A DNA stretch of 64,000 nucleotides, from assembly GCA_965214095.1 (NCBI GenBank), contig OZ243938.1, positions 4,832,001 to 4,896,000 on the forward strand, written 5' to 3'. The notes below the pieces were generated by a model. It saw only the letters and a program-made list of their open reading frames with translations. It was not told the origin of the DNA and did not search any database. Position 1 is the stretch's first letter. Each line of letters opens with the position of its first letter. The translations under genes were made by a program, and so were the position numbers. Shown here in pieces: positions 31,701 to 41,427 of the stretch. The stretch comes from Candidatus Poribacteria bacterium. GTDB taxonomy: Bacteria; Poribacteria; WGA-4E; WGA-3G.

Positions 31701-32106
31701 CCGGGGCATTACATAGAGCATCGTACTTGAAATGGATGTCATGCCACGGTGCTCCAAACTTCTGTGAGGGAATACCAGTATAAATCTGTATACCCCATGA
31801 ATTTCTCCATTGCCGTTGTAGCCAACTTCCTGTGTGTTGTGGAATTGAAAATCGACGAACCCAATTTTCATTACTAAACGTTCGCGGTCCTCTATCATTC
31901 TCAGGTGCGCATCCTATAGGCATAAAGGAAATGTTTGCTTCTTCTAAGGTATGAAGTTTCAAAGATTTGCCATCTGCATGATAAATGGTATATTCGTAAG
32001 GAATCCCTTTATTGTAGACTGCTGGTCTTACTGATGTATGTCGTTGATGTAATGGATTCTTATGCCGTTCATGGCAACGAGATATAATTCTGTTAAGTCT
32101 TTTCAT
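28702..32106 (-). CDS. Large protein with degenerate primase-polymerase-like N-terminus, Cys cluster, helicase-like region and C-terminal HTH
   Basis: WGIQIYTG...WHDIHF...LTKNGGIRLSF; C-x5-C...CPQCP-x4-C...GY; FCIIDEP; C-terminal ILNLLADG...VKNELKRLVDKGEIIRVQRGVY (winged HTH). Confidence 0.55.
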   Translation of the reverse strand: MKRLNRIISRCHERHKNPLHQRHTSVRPAVYNKGIPYEYTIYHADGKSLKLHTLEEANISFMPIGCAPENDRGPRTFSNENWVRRFSIPQHTGSWLQRQWRNSWGIQIYTGIPSQKFGAPWHDIHFKYDALCNAPDAILTCIQALIDAVVNPLLTLTKNGGIRLSFRILDYLHPYNNEDRHYIYSNKSGNRVEYLDIIGKHGLSCWDSRYEILMGNLTDPPIISKEILFTPIDILREILHQPENGDMNTSLKLNENSTPVSRVPFTLGTHRLDLAREEFLRRGYTYVGEKNSIHHWTRHNAEDSNKHVALWEQDRTVWVRANSPDLELPIDATPITEVWEETGIIPSIHQNQIQISEEILAIRNNELSPLAIKRKHYNRSNQTHIDENKQLLDQQSIQLPSLYDDGTRVYAIRTYSDWVEWDDVISTFPNNRRLCINTEVPESAEVERYINKDDKRSVGWWKPRSHLWKQVRELSQDELIANPFRLGNVCIDSERCDALEEKGGNPTESICPQCPVNEMCQEQGYLAQSKNLEKVNYLFLSNPDLLINPKYSKLAEELLEPIDNNYRFCIIDEPKSHDLFLRCELSIERLSEWAQNWHGEPLGNLANFLLNTLQLRGKFYGDSVRRIRSAIQAFQTQENVIIKQMCETHIKCRIVEQPYVDPETDKVLAKYTIKFENDIDVYIPLDNLAADILKDKSLPFLHLQSIVVDEDISIPMTLSQAIQLGIFKIETVTDIQNIQSVCPNSNWTVWHQLKSFFEHYTRDEDARVRWDKKVLEFWIPPILHPDIKQLFIKSTTLYEQHLNRAFPDEKFKVAHLELPSCNKETKIFQIQTGLYPREMILDYDRNWDVIGISQIGISFYKGIIDEIEKDVNVAHAVITYVAGIKQLSEITKRDNVHLIKFSDNMDNLDSILEKVQVIWIVGAPEPPQGTIWRQGQILYGNDDTPLNYERDKVYGLYTDERLQNIYERNVDVLLRPILNCNTCNRLKGKTVVLLTGINLAGISDRTETVHFDWEDFVIAGGLDKLPEVVAKRKDYEKERDCLTAKSSREEVEHVYGCSSRQANRILQKLRGGAPLRVPYRIQILNLLADGKNKTADFVSAIEGNPEAVKNELKRLVDKGEIIRVQRGVYSTPEE

Positions 32107-32346
32107 AATATGTATAATAGATAGGTTGTTTGGTTATTATTTTCGTTGTTTGTTATGAATCATGATGTACAGTAGAGAAATAGCAAGAATATTCTATCAG
32201 AGTTAGACATTTCATGCAAGTCATATCAAATTATGTGCTTATATTACAAATGCATGTCATATTGTGAAAACTATTTCTAATGATAACTGTAGATAGCAAT
32301 GCTTTTCCAACCGAAACGGATAGTTGGAAATTACAGGGTTTTTATT

Positions 32347-32379
32347 AAAGAAAAAGGTGAGGAACAAAGTTCTCACCTT
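32347..32379 (-). terminator. Probable intrinsic terminator
   Basis: Stem aaggtgag/ctcacctt with an A-run on its left (U-tract on the minus strand), about 40 bp after the stop at 32416. Confidence 0.6.
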
Positions 32380-32415
32380 ACAGGAATATCTATGGTTTCA
32401 GTATTGGAAATGTGT

Positions 32416-33825
32416 CTACTTTATTTTATTTGATGGTTTTTCAATGACTGCAATTCTTGTATAACCTTTTTCGGAATGATTGATATCTACTGTTCTCCAT
32501 TTCATAAAATATTCGTGCCTTGTCATGATTGCAAAATCATTTTTTTCTTTTTCCATTTTTTCTTTTTCATCTTTGAATCCAAAGAACCTAAGTAGGCCTG
32601 GAGTTTTACTGGAAGAGTCATCAGACTCTAACCAGTTAGTGTATTTGCTTTTCTCACCATTGTCCCACTGCCACTTGCCTTCTTTCTCAATATCCGTAAT
32701 TCCAATCCAGTATGAATCTGATCCAAAAACCGATTCCAACCATATCTGTTCTGCTTCATTTGTAATTGTTACGAGATACGCATTTTCTTCAGCAGCTTTT
32801 GTTGCTGCGTCTTCTCTACTTTCACAATTTATCCTCTTGTATATGTGTCCATTAGTTGGATTCATTATCCAATGTGAATTCTTCTGTGATAAAGGGTGTT
32901 GATGGTAGCCAATATCTGTATCTGTTTGTAACTCTTCAACTTCTGAAAGATTCCCATTAAGTGTAAAATCCATAACTCCGTAGTGTATTTCACCATTTAT
33001 AAGTAAAGGAGGTGAGATAGCAGTAAATCCACGGTAATTTACAGAGATCGCGTAGATTCCTGAAAATAACACAGGTTGGTTAAAGAATCCATCGTTATCT
33101 GTCTCTATAGGTACAGACCGACTGGAGTGTGGTTCAATATTTTCATCTAAATTGAGTTGACCTATATTAATTCTAAACGTGGTATCCGCAAGAGGTGTAC
33201 CGTCCTTGTCCACGATTCTACCACGTATATTTAGAGGGTTGTTGACTCGGAGTTCAATGTTTTCAAAGTTAATTCCTGGGGCAACACCTAATGTTACTGC
33301 ACCAATAACTGGGAAAACTGAGAACTGTTGAGGATAAAATGAAACTTCTCCAATCTTAACGTATTGTATTTTGGGATATGCAAAGTGACTTGGATTTCCT
33401 GGTACTGGTTTTGACATTTCCTTTCCAGGCAGAAGTTTGGGTAGGACTAATAACTGCACATTACCTGCGGCAATATCTGCAAATGTAAACTCACCCTTGG
33501 AATTGGTTTTTGTTTTGATGTAAGGGGGATACTTGCGCAATTCCTCTTCATCTGGTAGTATTTCATTTTTCTCAGATGGAGGTCGTGGAAGTTGAACAAA
33601 AAAGGGGTAATATTTACTACTATATTTTGTATTAATTCCATTCTCATCTACTGTCACATAGATTAGAACAATAGGTATATCTGTTATAGGTTTACCATCC
33701 GAATTAGTAATATGGCCTGCCAATGAGGATGTCTTTTCTTCTGACATTCCATCTAAAGCAAAACAGAATACAAATGAAATGAAAATTGCGATTAAAGTAA
33801 TTTGTCTTAAAATTGATTGTAACAT
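32416..33825 (-). CDS. Secreted protein with carboxypeptidase-regulatory-like (prealbumin) repeats and a C-terminal C-type lectin domain
   Basis: SLAGHITNSDGKPI and IRGRIVDKDGTPLA; NPTNGHIYKRINCES..DA...AYLVTITNEAEQIWL...YWIGITDIEKEGKWQWDNGE..YTNW. Start placed at MLQSIL (AAGGA RBS). Confidence 0.82.
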   Translation of the reverse strand: MLQSILRQITLIAIFISFVFCFALDGMSEEKTSSLAGHITNSDGKPITDIPIVLIYVTVDENGINTKYSSKYYPFFVQLPRPPSEKNEILPDEEELRKYPPYIKTKTNSKGEFTFADIAAGNVQLLVLPKLLPGKEMSKPVPGNPSHFAYPKIQYVKIGEVSFYPQQFSVFPVIGAVTLGVAPGINFENIELRVNNPLNIRGRIVDKDGTPLADTTFRINIGQLNLDENIEPHSSRSVPIETDNDGFFNQPVLFSGIYAISVNYRGFTAISPPLLINGEIHYGVMDFTLNGNLSEVEELQTDTDIGYHQHPLSQKNSHWIMNPTNGHIYKRINCESREDAATKAAEENAYLVTITNEAEQIWLESVFGSDSYWIGITDIEKEGKWQWDNGEKSKYTNWLESDDSSSKTPGLLRFFGFKDEKEKMEKEKNDFAIMTRHEYFMKWRTVDINHSEKGYTRIAVIEKPSNKIK

Positions 33826-33861
33826 AATGTAATCCTTATTCAGTATAGTATAAATCAAAAA

Positions 33862-35938
33862 TTAATCTTCCCTTTCAATAATAGCGTGTTTAATACTACT
33901 CTTAAAGTGACTATCCTTACCTATAGCCATCCATCTTTTTGAGAAAAAATCCATAGCAACAGGAATGTTAGGGGTGTGATTGGAATCAACATCCTCTAAC
34001 CAATTTGTGTAAGTGAGGGGTTCCCCGTTTTCCCAATGCCAAGATGCTCCATCTTGTGTGGAACTTAACCCAATCCAATAAAACTTACTTTCAGCAAATC
34101 TACCTTCCAACCATCTCTGTTCATTTTCATTACTAACAGTGACCAGATATGCATTTTCTGATGCAGCTTTATTTTTTGCATCCTGCCAACTCTCACATTG
34201 AATTCTTTTGTAAGCATGTCCATTTTCAGGATTAACCGACCATATTGCTTGTCGGGCAATTATACGCTTTCTTATATTGTCTTGATTTCTCTGTGTGTCC
34301 TTCAGTCTAAATATGTGGACATCATTTTGCTGTCCAGGTTTTATCTTAAACCATCTGGATTTAACTTTTTCACCTTTGTATTCTATAGAGACATTATACT
34401 CAGTTGCCCATGCACGATAAGAGGCATCAAAATAACCTTGTGAATCTGTTTTTGCACTTCCACCTGAACTACCTCCACTTTGGCGTATGCTAAAGAAATA
34501 TAGAAATGTATCTCTATCTCCATTCTGTACAGTGAGTCTAAATTGTTCATTAGCAAGAGGAGTTTTGTCTTTTAAAAGTATCCTTCCCCTAATTCGCATT
34601 GGATATGGTTTTACGGTTACCACTGTATCTTCAAGTGGAATATCTGGCTCAATTGATATAGTTGGTTTACCAAACCAATACCCAAGATGTGTTGGACTAG
34701 GAGGATAATAGGTCAAATCTCTAACTTTAATTGATACGATCTTATATTCTGGTGTAGCTTCGGGGAGAATAACTAACTGCGATGACACTGCATCAATGTT
34801 AGAAAATGAAAATCCACCTTGTATATCGGTTATTGTACGTGTCCAGTTGGACAAAGGAATTCGCGGTACTACCTCATTTCTTTGATTAAATTCAATTGGT
34901 TTAATGTAAAGTTCCAGTCCTCGCACGACTTCACCATTTGTATCCACAACTACCCCCGATAATGATGTTTTTCCTTTATCAAGTAGATTATTTTGTATAG
35001 ATCTTTTTGCTGAATTTGTCTGATGTGGGTTGACATCAGAAACATTCGTATTCTGTGCAATTTCATTCTGCGTATTTGGATTATTGGCACGTCCAACCTG
35101 ATTTCGCACAGTTGGCTTCTCAGGAGAATCAATCACCTGTCTTGCATCTGTTATTTCAATCGTCCGTTCAGAGTCTGCGTCAATACTGTATGGCTCTTGA
35201 AAATGGATTAGTTGTTTTGCTCCAACACCGATCAATAGAAATACGATAATTGCTGATGCTGAAGAAACTATCCACGGCATTACCGGTTTACTTGCTGAAG
35301 GAGCTGCCGGAGATAAGTTGGAGATTTTTTGCATGATACTCTCAGATAACTGCTGTGGTAATTGGAAACTGCCTAAGTTTTCCTGAATAAGTGCTTCTTC
35401 ACCTTTGAGCCGATTGCGTGCGCGATGTAGACGAATCTTGACAGTATTTGTTGATACACCGAGGAATTCACCGATCTCTTCACACGATAAACCTGCAAGG
35501 TAATGTAGTGAGATGACAGTCCTATCACTCTCCTTTAGTTTGTTGAGCAACTTTTTGACAAGTGAACGTTGCATCTCTTTTCTTTCTTCCTCACGTTCAT
35601 TTGAGATAATCTGAATAATACACCTCTTCCAACTCCATAGGATCGGTTTGTTCTAAGGATTCTAACTGCGGCTTTTTCTTACGGTGCCACATTTTGCAGA
35701 TATTAGTCGTAATAACATATAACCAACCAGAGAAACGGTGGGGGTGTTTTAAACTGCTGAGTTTCTGATATGCAGTTATAAAAGCATCTTGTGTTATCTC
35801 TTCCGCAGTATGGAAATCACCAATCTTCTGCCATGCAAGCGTATGTATCTGTTCTTGATATTTTTCCACAAGCAATGCAAACGCTTGTTGATCCCCCGCA
35901 AGTGTTTGTTTGACCAGTTCAGAATCGCTTTGTTTCAT
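33862..35938 (-). pseudogene. Frameshifted membrane-tethered ECF sigma factor with extracytoplasmic C-type lectin (ECF-1)
   Basis: ORF 35597-35938 encodes sigma2. ORF 33862-35574 encodes sigma4, a TM, prealbumin-like repeats and a C-type lectin. The join reads TCA GAT TAT C TCA AAT GAA CGT GAG GAA, i.e. a frameshift near 35605 relative to the paralogues' YYSxY..xxREE. Confidence 0.85.
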
Positions 35939-35974
35939 TGTTGCACCTCACTATCTTTGTCTTCTTTTAACATA

Positions 35975-36003
35975 TAGATGCTAATTGGATATCAAAGGTT
36001 TCA
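35975..36003 (-). promoter_or_regulatory. Putative ECF-dependent promoter of ECF-1
   Basis: TGAAAC-N17-CATCTA, ending about 36 nt upstream of the ATG. Confidence 0.7.
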
Positions 36004-36051
36004 CTTTTGTATTATTTTCAAAAGATATTTACATCTGGATCAGTTCTATAA

Positions 36052-36187
36052 TATAGTAAAACCATAATTATTTATCCACTACGGTAGGTTTGGTTTCCTA
36101 ACCGAACCGGTGTTGTTCAGTCTCATAGATGCGGTTAGGAAACCGAACCTACCAGGGAGTGTGCACGTGTTTTTACATTTCACTATA
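36052..36187 (+). mobile_element. Family A MITE-like element
   Basis: tatagtaaaaccataattattt...REP pair...catttcactata. Confidence 0.85.
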
Positions 36188-36214
36188 ATGATAGCATAGA
36201 AATTGATAACTGAC

Positions 36215-36245
36215 AAAAAGAAAGGCACGCATGTTCTGCGTGCCT
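36215..36245 (-). terminator. Probable intrinsic terminator
   Basis: Stem aggcacgca/tgcgtgcct preceded by aaaaagaa. Confidence 0.6.
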
Positions 36246-36377
36246 AAAGGGTATTGTTGACTAAATTAGGGTTTACGTTTTAGGAGTATTGCTCTATGTT
36301 CAAACTAAATAATGCCATCTCTGTATTGGGTGTGCATGAGTACTGACATCAAAGTTTGCAGATAATCTCTGTTGTGA

Positions 36378-36659
36378 TTAAGTGACCTCTGCAGATTCAT
36401 CATCCATGGTTTCAGTATCAGTGCTATTTTTTCCAGTTGTATCGTTGTCCTCTGTATCATGAATCTCTATATGTTGGATTTCCTGACGATCTGTGTCTGA
36501 TGTTTCATCAATGGGTTGGGTAACCTCTCCTTGATTGCTATCATATATTTCTATGGTAGACATCTGAAATTGAAACCATACAAAACATCCGATTGTGAAA
36601 ATCAGTATAAATGCAGTTCCACCGACAATCCAGTTTTCTATTGAAAAATCTTTTAGCAT
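36378..36659 (-). CDS. Small single-TM protein with acidic tail (possibly truncated)
   Basis: GGGAGA RBS before MLKDF; TM WIVGGTAFILIFTIGCFVWF; Asp/Glu/Thr-rich tail. Confidence 0.5.
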   Translation of the reverse strand: MLKDFSIENWIVGGTAFILIFTIGCFVWFQFQMSTIEIYDSNQGEVTQPIDETSDTDRQEIQHIEIHDTEDNDTTGKNSTDTETMDDESAEVT

Positions 36660-36986
36660 AATGTTCTCCCTATTGTCCATTGTTCGTCCAGTCATCACTG
36701 GGAGTGAAACTATTGTTTTTCTCTTGGTTAATCATTAAGACAAATCAAACACTATTGTGTTCATTATAACTATATCAAATTAGTTGAAGTTTACAATCAA
36801 TTCTTTCAAACTTTTTGTGTCTCTGTAATTAAAGAGACATAACTTCGGAAAAAGGTTGCACTTTTTTACTAAAATATACAAATGAAGCAGAAAAAAGTTG
36901 CATATTGGTTGAAATTTATAGCAATTGCTGTGTTTGACGATCTGATGAAGTTGAACAAAAAGGGGTTTGAATCAGAACTGTGTGAT

Positions 36987-37089
36987 TATAGTGAATTATA
37001 AATATAAGTTGACACTTTCGCCCCACGGTAGGCGAGGTTTCCTAACCTCGCCTACGCAGAGTGTTCAAGTAATTTCAAAATCTACTATA
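36987..37089 (+). mobile_element. Family B MITE-like element (103 bp) with a single GTAG-REP
   Basis: tatagtgaattataaatataagttgacac...ggtaggcgaggtttcctaacctcgcc...caaaatctactata; near-identical to 61992-62094. Confidence 0.85.
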
Positions 37090-37176
37090 ATGAATCCTAT
37101 AGATGATTATGTTGAATTATCTCAAATATCTACCAAGAATAGGCTACAACATATCAGGTAGACAATTATGGACGAT

Positions 37177-40107
37177 TTATTTCTCAATCGGAATTTTATA
37201 CACCCCGCTACCGAAAGTGCCAGCGTAAAGAAAACCGTCAATTACTGCTAAGGATGAAACCTGCTGGGTAAGAGAACCAATCGACTTCCAATGCTGTTTC
37301 TCTTCTATCCATTGGAAAAAACCTGTAGGTGTGCTGACATACACTTCAGTACCATCAGTGCCTATTGATGTAGCAGATGTTTCATCCAGACCATCGTTGA
37401 TGGCTGTCCAAGTATCGCCTACATCCTTGGAGCGAAATACTCCCTTGTTCCAAGTGGTTACATAAAGCGTTGAACCAACCCTTTTGAGATCAGTCAAACC
37501 GCCATCAATCATTTCTGCTGTGTGAATAGGCTCCCAACGGTTTTCTTCAAAACGGTAGATTTCACTATCTCCAGTAACCGCAATCACATTCTCACTATTT
37601 GCAGATAATATCCAGATCCTGTGATGTTCCAAGCCAAGTTTGGTAAGACCCGTTCTCTGCTCCCACTTGAAGACAACACCATTCCATGCGCCCATATAAA
37701 ATGTATTGCCAACTACATCCATACTTACAATTCCATACAAGTCAATATCTGTGAAAAGTTTAACCAAAGTGTTATTTTCTCTATTCAACCTGTAAACACT
37801 ATCACCCTCACGACCTGAATAAGGCGGAATATATTTGTCATCACCAAAGTAAGCAGCGATGTAGAGCTCACCATCTGATACACAAATGTCTAGAACACCA
37901 CGTTTGCTCTGCTTTGAAGGATCGTTTATAGACAGCCATGTATCTCCACCGTCAGCAGAATAGACAATTTTTTTACCAACAACAGTGTATAGTTTATCAC
38001 CAATAACCTCTAATTTGCTGACAGATGTATTTATTATGCCAGTGTTGCATTCTACCCAAGAATCCCCTGCATCTGTTGTGCGAAAGACCCCATTTCTTGA
38101 TGTGCCTATGAAGACAGTATTATCATTGATTGGTAACACAGTTGAAACATCATCATGCATTACCCCCTCATTGATTGGTATCCAGGAATCACCCATATCC
38201 TCCGAAAGATAGATCAAACCGTCATTAGTGCCGGCGTAGAGCCTTTCGCCTTGCCCGGCAATTGTCCGAACGCGATCACTTTCTTCTTTTACTTTTTCTG
38301 GGGTGATGAACGTCCATGTGTCGCCTGCGTCATTTGACCGGAAGATCCCAGTTTCTTTTCCCATAGATCCACTCATAAAAAGTAAATGTTTCATTGAAGC
38401 AAACGACTTAACATGAAAATCAGATGAAGAATGTTGCTTAAGTGAAGGATTTTGCTTAGGTGAAGAATTTGATCCTGGTTTATCTTGTGAATTGTTTTCT
38501 GACTCGACCCCATCTGAATCCTCAACGACAACTGGATTGGTAAGTGTCCACGTGTCTTCATTCACTGTTCTGCGAAAGAGTCCTTTTTTTGTAGCAGCAA
38601 CCAACGTTGTCCCATGACTTGAGAGGCTAAAGACATTCCTCTGTGTAAGAATCGATTCTACATCCTTGCGATTATGAATCAGACGCGGGTCGTGCCCGAA
38701 GAGAAGACCAGGGAACTTTGTTCCGAGTCCATCATTGATTTGTGCCCATGAATTACCATCATTTGACTGCCAAAAACCGTAGATCCCAGTACTAACGTAG
38801 ATATGCTCATCAAGAATAACTATGTCAAGAATATCAATGGCACTGATCAGCCCAGGGACTCGGAACGCAGATACGGGTTGCCAGGTGTTGCCAATATCAG
38901 TAGAAATGTATAATCCATCCCGCGTTCCAACATAGATCTTATTCCCCTTTTCAGCGAATGAAGTAACAAATGCAGAAATATACTTCAATCGTCCTCTATT
39001 GATTAATCCAGTATTAACTGGTGTCCAGTTGTTTCCATTATCAGTTGAGCGAAAAATACCTGCCTTCTCTGTCCCCGCAAGGAGCACCCCATGAGTGGTT
39101 TTATAAAGCGTTGTTATCTCACCACCGTAAGGACCATTCGTTTGTTTCCATGTGCCTTTGAAATTAGTTCTTTCAGTATCATCCGTCTGTGCTGCACCAA
39201 ATAGTGATGTCCCGGGTTCCTGTCCCGTTCCATCATTGTTACTGAGCACATCAGAACGACGAACTTGATTGTTAATTGTTGGTTTGGCAGGGGTTTCCAA
39301 GACCAATCGTGCGTCAACGATTTCAACTGTTCGTTCAGATTGTGCAGTCAAACTAAACGGCTTCTGAAACCGAATTAGGTTTTGTGCTCCAAAGCCTATT
39401 AGTAGAACAACTAAAATGGCTGAGACAGCAGATATTGCTAAAGGTACTAAAGGTTTACTTCCTGATGGCGTTACTGGATTGAGACGTGATATTTCCTTCA
39501 TGATGTTTTCTGTCATTTGTGTTGGCAGTTGGAAACTGCTAAGGTTTTCTTGTATCACTGCTTCCTCCTTCTTTAACCGCTCTCTGGCTCGGTGAAGTCG
39601 ACTTTTAACCGTGTTCGGAGATACACCCAAAAACCTACCAATCTCTTCACACGTTAAGCCTGCGAGGTAGTGCATTGTTACCACTGTCCGTTCACTCTCG
39701 CGGAGTTTATCGAGTAACTTCCGAACAATTGCTCGACGATTTTGATTCGCTGCTTCTTCACGTTGACGAGACGTATGGTCGGAATAATATACCTCTTCTA
39801 ATTCCATTGGGTCTGTCTCCTCCAGAGATTGCAGTTGTGGCTTTTTCTTTCGGTGCCACATGTTACACTTGTTACTGGTTATGACATAGAGCCATCCCGC
39901 AAATCGGTTGTGATGTGTGAGGGTTGCGAGTTTTTGATACGCAGTGACGAAGGCATCTTGTGTAATCTCTTGTGCAATGTGGAAATCACCAATTTTCTGC
40001 CACGCCAAAGCGTGTATCTGTTCTTGGTATTTTTCTACAAGTGCAGCAAAGGCGTGTTGATCACCTTCAAGTGTACGTTCAATCAATTCAGCATCATTAT
40101 GTTTCAT
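37177..40107 (-). CDS. Membrane-tethered ECF sigma factor with extracytoplasmic BNR/Asp-box beta-propeller (ECF-2)
   Basis: sigma2 (AFAALVEKYQ...ITQDAF...FAGWLYVI), sigma4 (LTCEEIGRFLGVSPNTVKSRLHRARERL), TM LAISAVSAILVVLLIGFG, then many SxDxGxTW Asp-boxes. GAGGTG RBS before MKHND. Confidence 0.9.
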   Translation of the reverse strand: MKHNDAELIERTLEGDQHAFAALVEKYQEQIHALAWQKIGDFHIAQEITQDAFVTAYQKLATLTHHNRFAGWLYVITSNKCNMWHRKKKPQLQSLEETDPMELEEVYYSDHTSRQREEAANQNRRAIVRKLLDKLRESERTVVTMHYLAGLTCEEIGRFLGVSPNTVKSRLHRARERLKKEEAVIQENLSSFQLPTQMTENIMKEISRLNPVTPSGSKPLVPLAISAVSAILVVLLIGFGAQNLIRFQKPFSLTAQSERTVEIVDARLVLETPAKPTINNQVRRSDVLSNNDGTGQEPGTSLFGAAQTDDTERTNFKGTWKQTNGPYGGEITTLYKTTHGVLLAGTEKAGIFRSTDNGNNWTPVNTGLINRGRLKYISAFVTSFAEKGNKIYVGTRDGLYISTDIGNTWQPVSAFRVPGLISAIDILDIVILDEHIYVSTGIYGFWQSNDGNSWAQINDGLGTKFPGLLFGHDPRLIHNRKDVESILTQRNVFSLSSHGTTLVAATKKGLFRRTVNEDTWTLTNPVVVEDSDGVESENNSQDKPGSNSSPKQNPSLKQHSSSDFHVKSFASMKHLLFMSGSMGKETGIFRSNDAGDTWTFITPEKVKEESDRVRTIAGQGERLYAGTNDGLIYLSEDMGDSWIPINEGVMHDDVSTVLPINDNTVFIGTSRNGVFRTTDAGDSWVECNTGIINTSVSKLEVIGDKLYTVVGKKIVYSADGGDTWLSINDPSKQSKRGVLDICVSDGELYIAAYFGDDKYIPPYSGREGDSVYRLNRENNTLVKLFTDIDLYGIVSMDVVGNTFYMGAWNGVVFKWEQRTGLTKLGLEHHRIWILSANSENVIAVTGDSEIYRFEENRWEPIHTAEMIDGGLTDLKRVGSTLYVTTWNKGVFRSKDVGDTWTAINDGLDETSATSIGTDGTEVYVSTPTGFFQWIEEKQHWKSIGSLTQQVSSLAVIDGFLYAGTFGSGVYKIPIEK

Positions 40108-40142
40108 GGAACACCTCACAAATAGACTAATCTTTTAATATA

Positions 40143-40171
40143 AAGATGTTATTTGCCTTATGAAGGTTGCA
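40143..40171 (-). promoter_or_regulatory. Putative ECF-dependent promoter of ECF-2
   Basis: TGCAAC-N17-CATCTT, about 35 nt upstream of the ATG. Confidence 0.7.
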
Positions 40172-40256
40172 TTTATTAGAAAAAAGTACGTGATTGAAAG
40201 AGAAAGACCAATTTTGTGCAGCTTCGCGCAGTGAAAATTATGAAGAAATTTCTACG

Positions 40257-40360
40257 GGTAGATGCGGTTTCCTAACCGCATCTATGACACTGAACAAACA
40301 CCGGTTCGGTTAGGAAACCGAACCTACCGTAGTGTGAAAATAATTATGATTTTTACTATA
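40257..40360 (-). mobile_element. Family A MITE-like element, reverse orientation, one end degenerate
   Basis: Reverse complement of the family A REP pair, ending in ...taattatgatttttactata. Confidence 0.8.
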
Positions 40361-40442
40361 AAAGGATAGCATATAGTTGGACAATTGCCAACTATAGCAA
40401 ATCAGATTTCAGGCTTTTAAGATAGTTGGAAGCGATACCTGC

Positions 40443-40473
40443 AAAGAAGAAAGGCGCGCTTGGAAGCACGCCT
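40443..40473 (-). terminator. Possible intrinsic terminator
   Basis: Imperfect stem aggcgcgctt/aagcacgcct with an A-rich left flank. Confidence 0.45.
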
Positions 40474-40534
40474 ATAATACCAAATTAACTTGATTCTAAT
40501 CCATCGGCAGAATACGCGGTTGGTATTCTGCATT

Positions 40535-40556
40535 GGTTAGGAAACCGCACCTACCG
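40535..40556 (-). repeat. Partial GTAG-REP hairpin
   Basis: ggttaggaaaccgcacctaccg, the reverse complement of the REP at 26830. Confidence 0.7.
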
Positions 40557-40567
40557 TCTGAAGAGAA

Positions 40568-41296
40568 TTAACGATCTGTTTCTTCCTGCGTTGGTACTAC
40601 CCGCGTTGGTAACGTAACTGTCGCACCTGTTGGGGTCCTTACGCTCGTAGTTGAACGTCTTTTTAGGATGCCGAACAACCTTTTTTCATAATAAGATAAA
40701 CCCAATAGTGGGTGTTCCATTTCTGACAGTTCTCTATAGTAATTTCTATCAATATATGTCAAGACACCGTGCCAACGTTCTGCAATTTCGGTATCTTCTG
40801 GTCTTTCTTTTAGAATTTGTTCTAACACGCCGCTTGATCGTTGATATGTGGAAGTTCTTGCACGTATATGCGTTGAATATCCATCAATATATACTATTGA
40901 TTTAGGCAATTCCCACATCTTGCCATCGGTAAGTTCATGGCTGGGTTCACCAAGTTGATCAGTACTCTTTTGAACAAAATATTTAGCATTTGTAGTCGGC
41001 TTTTGCGTTATATATCCAGCTGAACGTAATTTATTATCTCTAAAATTATACACAAGATAAACAGGAACTTTCTCAATTACAGATTTGTAAATAAGTAGAT
41101 CCGGTGTATGCGTAAACGGTGCTTTACCTCTTTCAATTAACTCTACACGTTCCTGTGAGTAACCCCACCGCACCTCACGAAAATCAGAATTGCCTTGCAT
41201 ATCTTCAGAAACAATATTGTGAAAGGTAGAACACCCTATGAAAAACGTCGAAATAATAAGTAATCCAGATAAGAAATGAAGTTTTGTGATGTTCAC
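40568..41296 (-). CDS. Hypothetical lipoprotein
   Basis: A GTG start with a GGAGG RBS gives a signal peptide with lipobox FFIGC; DFREVRWGYS motif. Confidence 0.65.
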   Translation of the reverse strand: MNITKLHFLSGLLIISTFFIGCSTFHNIVSEDMQGNSDFREVRWGYSQERVELIERGKAPFTHTPDLLIYKSVIEKVPVYLVYNFRDNKLRSAGYITQKPTTNAKYFVQKSTDQLGEPSHELTDGKMWELPKSIVYIDGYSTHIRARTSTYQRSSGVLEQILKERPEDTEIAERWHGVLTYIDRNYYRELSEMEHPLLGLSYYEKRLFGILKRRSTTSVRTPTGATVTLPTRVVPTQEETDR

Positions 41297-41427
41297 TACG
41301 GTCAAGCCTCCTTTATGATTTCTGTTTTCTAACACCATTTCTAACTGATTATACGTCAAAATAATTAGAGTTGGTATTATTTACATAATTTACTATAAGA
41401 GAAAATGCGTAAGTCCATTGTTATACC

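Noticed and set aside
28702-32106. Prophage or integrated plasmid around the primase-like gene
   Set aside because: No integrase, att pair, structural or partition genes are visible.
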